Assembly (NCBI GenBank): GCA_030390025.1
Contig: CM059431.1
Span: 120,344,001-120,408,000, forward strand
Length of the DNA: 64,000 nucleotides
Direction of reading: 5' to 3'
Origin: Squalus acanthias
Taxonomy: Eukaryota
Under the pieces are notes generated by a model. The model had not been told where the DNA came from and made no database searches. It saw only the letters and a program-made list of their open reading frames with translations. Positions 61,602 to 64,000 of the stretch are shown here, one piece after another; within the stretch, counting starts at the first letter, position 1; each line of letters starts with the position of its first letter. The position numbers and the translations under genes were made by a program.

Positions 61602-64000
61602 GAGGGTGAAATTCGATAAGGCCTAAAAACAGGCGGGACACCGCGGGACAAGATTTGCTCATGCCCATTTAGAACGCTCAGTCAGCACATTCATTTGGTG
61701 CTGCCTGCTAAGTTGAATGATTTTAGCGCACAGCCTAGCGATAAATGCGCTACTTCAGGTTGTGTGCTCAGCAGGAGGCCCAACGTCACGCCACTGTAGC
61801 GACACTGCATTTTCTTAAAGCAAGGCAGTCAGTTTTGAAAGCAGTCTCAGGCCCTTAAAGGTGAACTACCTTCTGAAAAAAAATTAAAATCATTCAAAAA
61901 TAGGCAGTCTTCAGCTCTTCAAGCTGAACTGCCTTAAACAGGTAAAAATTGGTAAAAGTGCTTCACACTAACACAAATGGCTCAACAGGTCAGGGAAAGG
62001 ACACCCAGGGTCTCGGATGCAGCACTCCAGCATGGTGCAGGGACTCAACATGAGATGAGTTGTCCTCTACCCAAAGGGGGCTAGGAGGGCCTCCAGAAAG
62101 AAGGATGTGGGACCAGATCGCCGAGATGGTCACTGCCAGCAGTGTCGCCCTCAGGACCTGGCTCCAGTGCCCAAAGAAGTTTCATGAGCCCATCAGCTGA
62201 CTCTCAATCATCAGCAAAGTGATGGAAGGTGTCGTCAACAGTGCTATCTAGCGACACTTGCTCACCAATAATCTGCTCACCGGTGTTCAGTTCGGGTTCC
62301 GCCAGGACCACTCAGCTCCAGATCTCATTGCATCCTTTGTCTAAACATGGACTGAAGAGTTGAATTCCAGAGGTGAGGTGAGAGTGACTGCCCTTGACAT
62401 CAAGGCAGCATTTGACCGAGTGTGGCATCAAAGAACCCTAGTAAAATTGAAGTCAATGGGAAACAGGGGGAAAACTCTCCACTGGCTAGAGTCATACTTC
62501 GCAAAAAGGAAGATGGTTGTGGTTGTTGGAGGCCAATCATCTTAGCTCCAGTACATCGCTGCAAGAGTTCCTCAGGGCAGTGTCCTAGGCCCAATCATCT
62601 TCAGCTGCTTCATCAATGACCATCCCTCCAACATAAGGTCATAAGTAGGGAATTTCGCTGATGATTGCACAGTGTTCAGTTCGATTTGCAATGCCTCAGA
62701 TAATGAAGCAGTCTGTGCCCGAGTGCAGCAAGATCTGAATGACATTCAGGCTTGGGCTGATAAGTGGCAAATAACATTTGCGCCACACAATTGCCAGGCA
62801 ATGACCATCTACAACAAGAGAGAGTCTAACCACCACCACCCCTTGACATTCAACGACATTACCATCGCCGAATCCCCCACCATCAACATCCTGGGAGTCA
62901 CCATTGATCAGAAACTTAACTGGCCCAGCCACATAAATACTGTGGCTACAAGAGCAGGTCAGAGGCTAGGTATTCTGCAGTGAGTGTCTCACCTCCTGAC
63001 TGCCCAAAGACTTTTCATCATCTACAAGGCACAAGTCTGGAGTGTGCTGGAATACTCTCCACTTGCCTGGATGAATGCAGCTCCATCAACACTCAAGATG
63101 CTCGACACTATCCAGGACAAAGCAGTCCACTTCATTAGCACCCCATCCACCACCTTAAATGTTCACTCCCTCCACCACCGACGCACTGTGGCAGCAGTGT
63201 ATACCATCTACAAGATGCACTGCAGCAACTCGCCAAGCCTTCTTCGACAGCACCGCCCAAACATGCAATCTCTACCACCTTGAAGGACAAGGGCAGCAGG
63301 TGCATTGGAACACCACCACCTGAAAGTTCCCCTCCAAGTCATACAACATCCTGACTTGGAAATATATCACCGTTCCTTAATCGTCGGTGGGTCAAAATCC
63401 TGGAACTCCCTCCCTAACAGCACTGTGGGAGTACCTTCACCACACAGACTGCAGCGGTTCAAGAAGGCGGCTCACCACCACCTTCTCAAGGGCAATTAGG
63501 GATCGGCAATAAGTACTGGCCTTGTCAATGACACCCACATCCCATGAACGGTTAAAAAAAATGACCTCAGATGAGTTGTCAAGGTCAGTGACTGCATCTT
63601 CAAAAGCCATCTCTTACCAACGATACCACTAGCCTCATACACTGCTCAATGCACTACCAACAATCTCTACCAAACACGAGGCACACTTCACATTCCTAGC
63701 TTCACCTCGCCCCCTTGGAGGAGACGGTGCTGGCCATTCTTCACATGGCATGGCTGAGCCCTTGGCCCGCAGCGGGGCCTGAAAGAATATAAGATGCCGG
63801 TATCCTCATATGTTATCCTCCTTCTCACATCCCACTTCCCCCTCATCGCACAAAATCTTCTGATGTACAAGTTGCACATGGTGTAAGCATGCACCTCTTG
63901 CTTTCCTCCCCTCTCCTCACCATAACCCTACCCTAGTGCCTTCCTCATTTCAGACACCCAAGAAATCCAGCCTGCCCAGCCAATGGTTGACCAAGAAGAG
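61602..64000. mobile_element. Third decayed Harbinger, runs off the window, split by a LINE
   Basis: GAGGGTGAAATTCG end; Myb remnant RTWLQCPKKF resuming after 63560; intron-2 sequence like 58470-58615. Confidence 0.7.
62188..63560 (+). mobile_element. CR1-group LINE (second family) 3' portion
   Basis: LDIKAAFDRVWH, VPQGSVLGP, FADD; A tail; ATGA duplicated at the flanks. Confidence 0.9.

Noticed and set aside
1..64000. CRISPR arrays, operons, rRNA or other prokaryotic systems
   Set aside because: No repeat-spacer array or dense gene packing; content is spliceosomal and vertebrate TE-like.

Overview
Eukaryotic, repeat-saturated vertebrate DNA. The repeat complement (Deu-domain SINEs, CR1/L2 LINEs, Penelope-like elements, Harbinger DNA transposons) suggests a shark or other cartilaginous fish; this is an inference. 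No host gene is securely identified; there are two weak candidate exons on the minus strand. Main contents: (1) a near-intact 4.08-kb PIF/Harbinger transposon (31688-35766) with an intact 3-exon Myb/SANT gene and a transposase broken by one nonsense codon, plus decayed Harbingers and about ten non-autonomous derivatives; (2) five Penelope-like insertions of two families carrying seven minimal type-I hammerhead ribozyme motifs, five with intact cores and covarying stems, two insertions being long foldbacks; (3) a decayed Gypsy element in a multi-level nested stack at 46-54 kb, and three solo LTRs; (4) many LINE and SINE fragments. The most unexpected item is a 93-nt fragment resembling the FERM-domain start of EPB41L4B/EPB41L5, captured inside the G-rich core of a TIR element (4166-4258). 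Family names rest on motif recognition by eye; no database searches were run.
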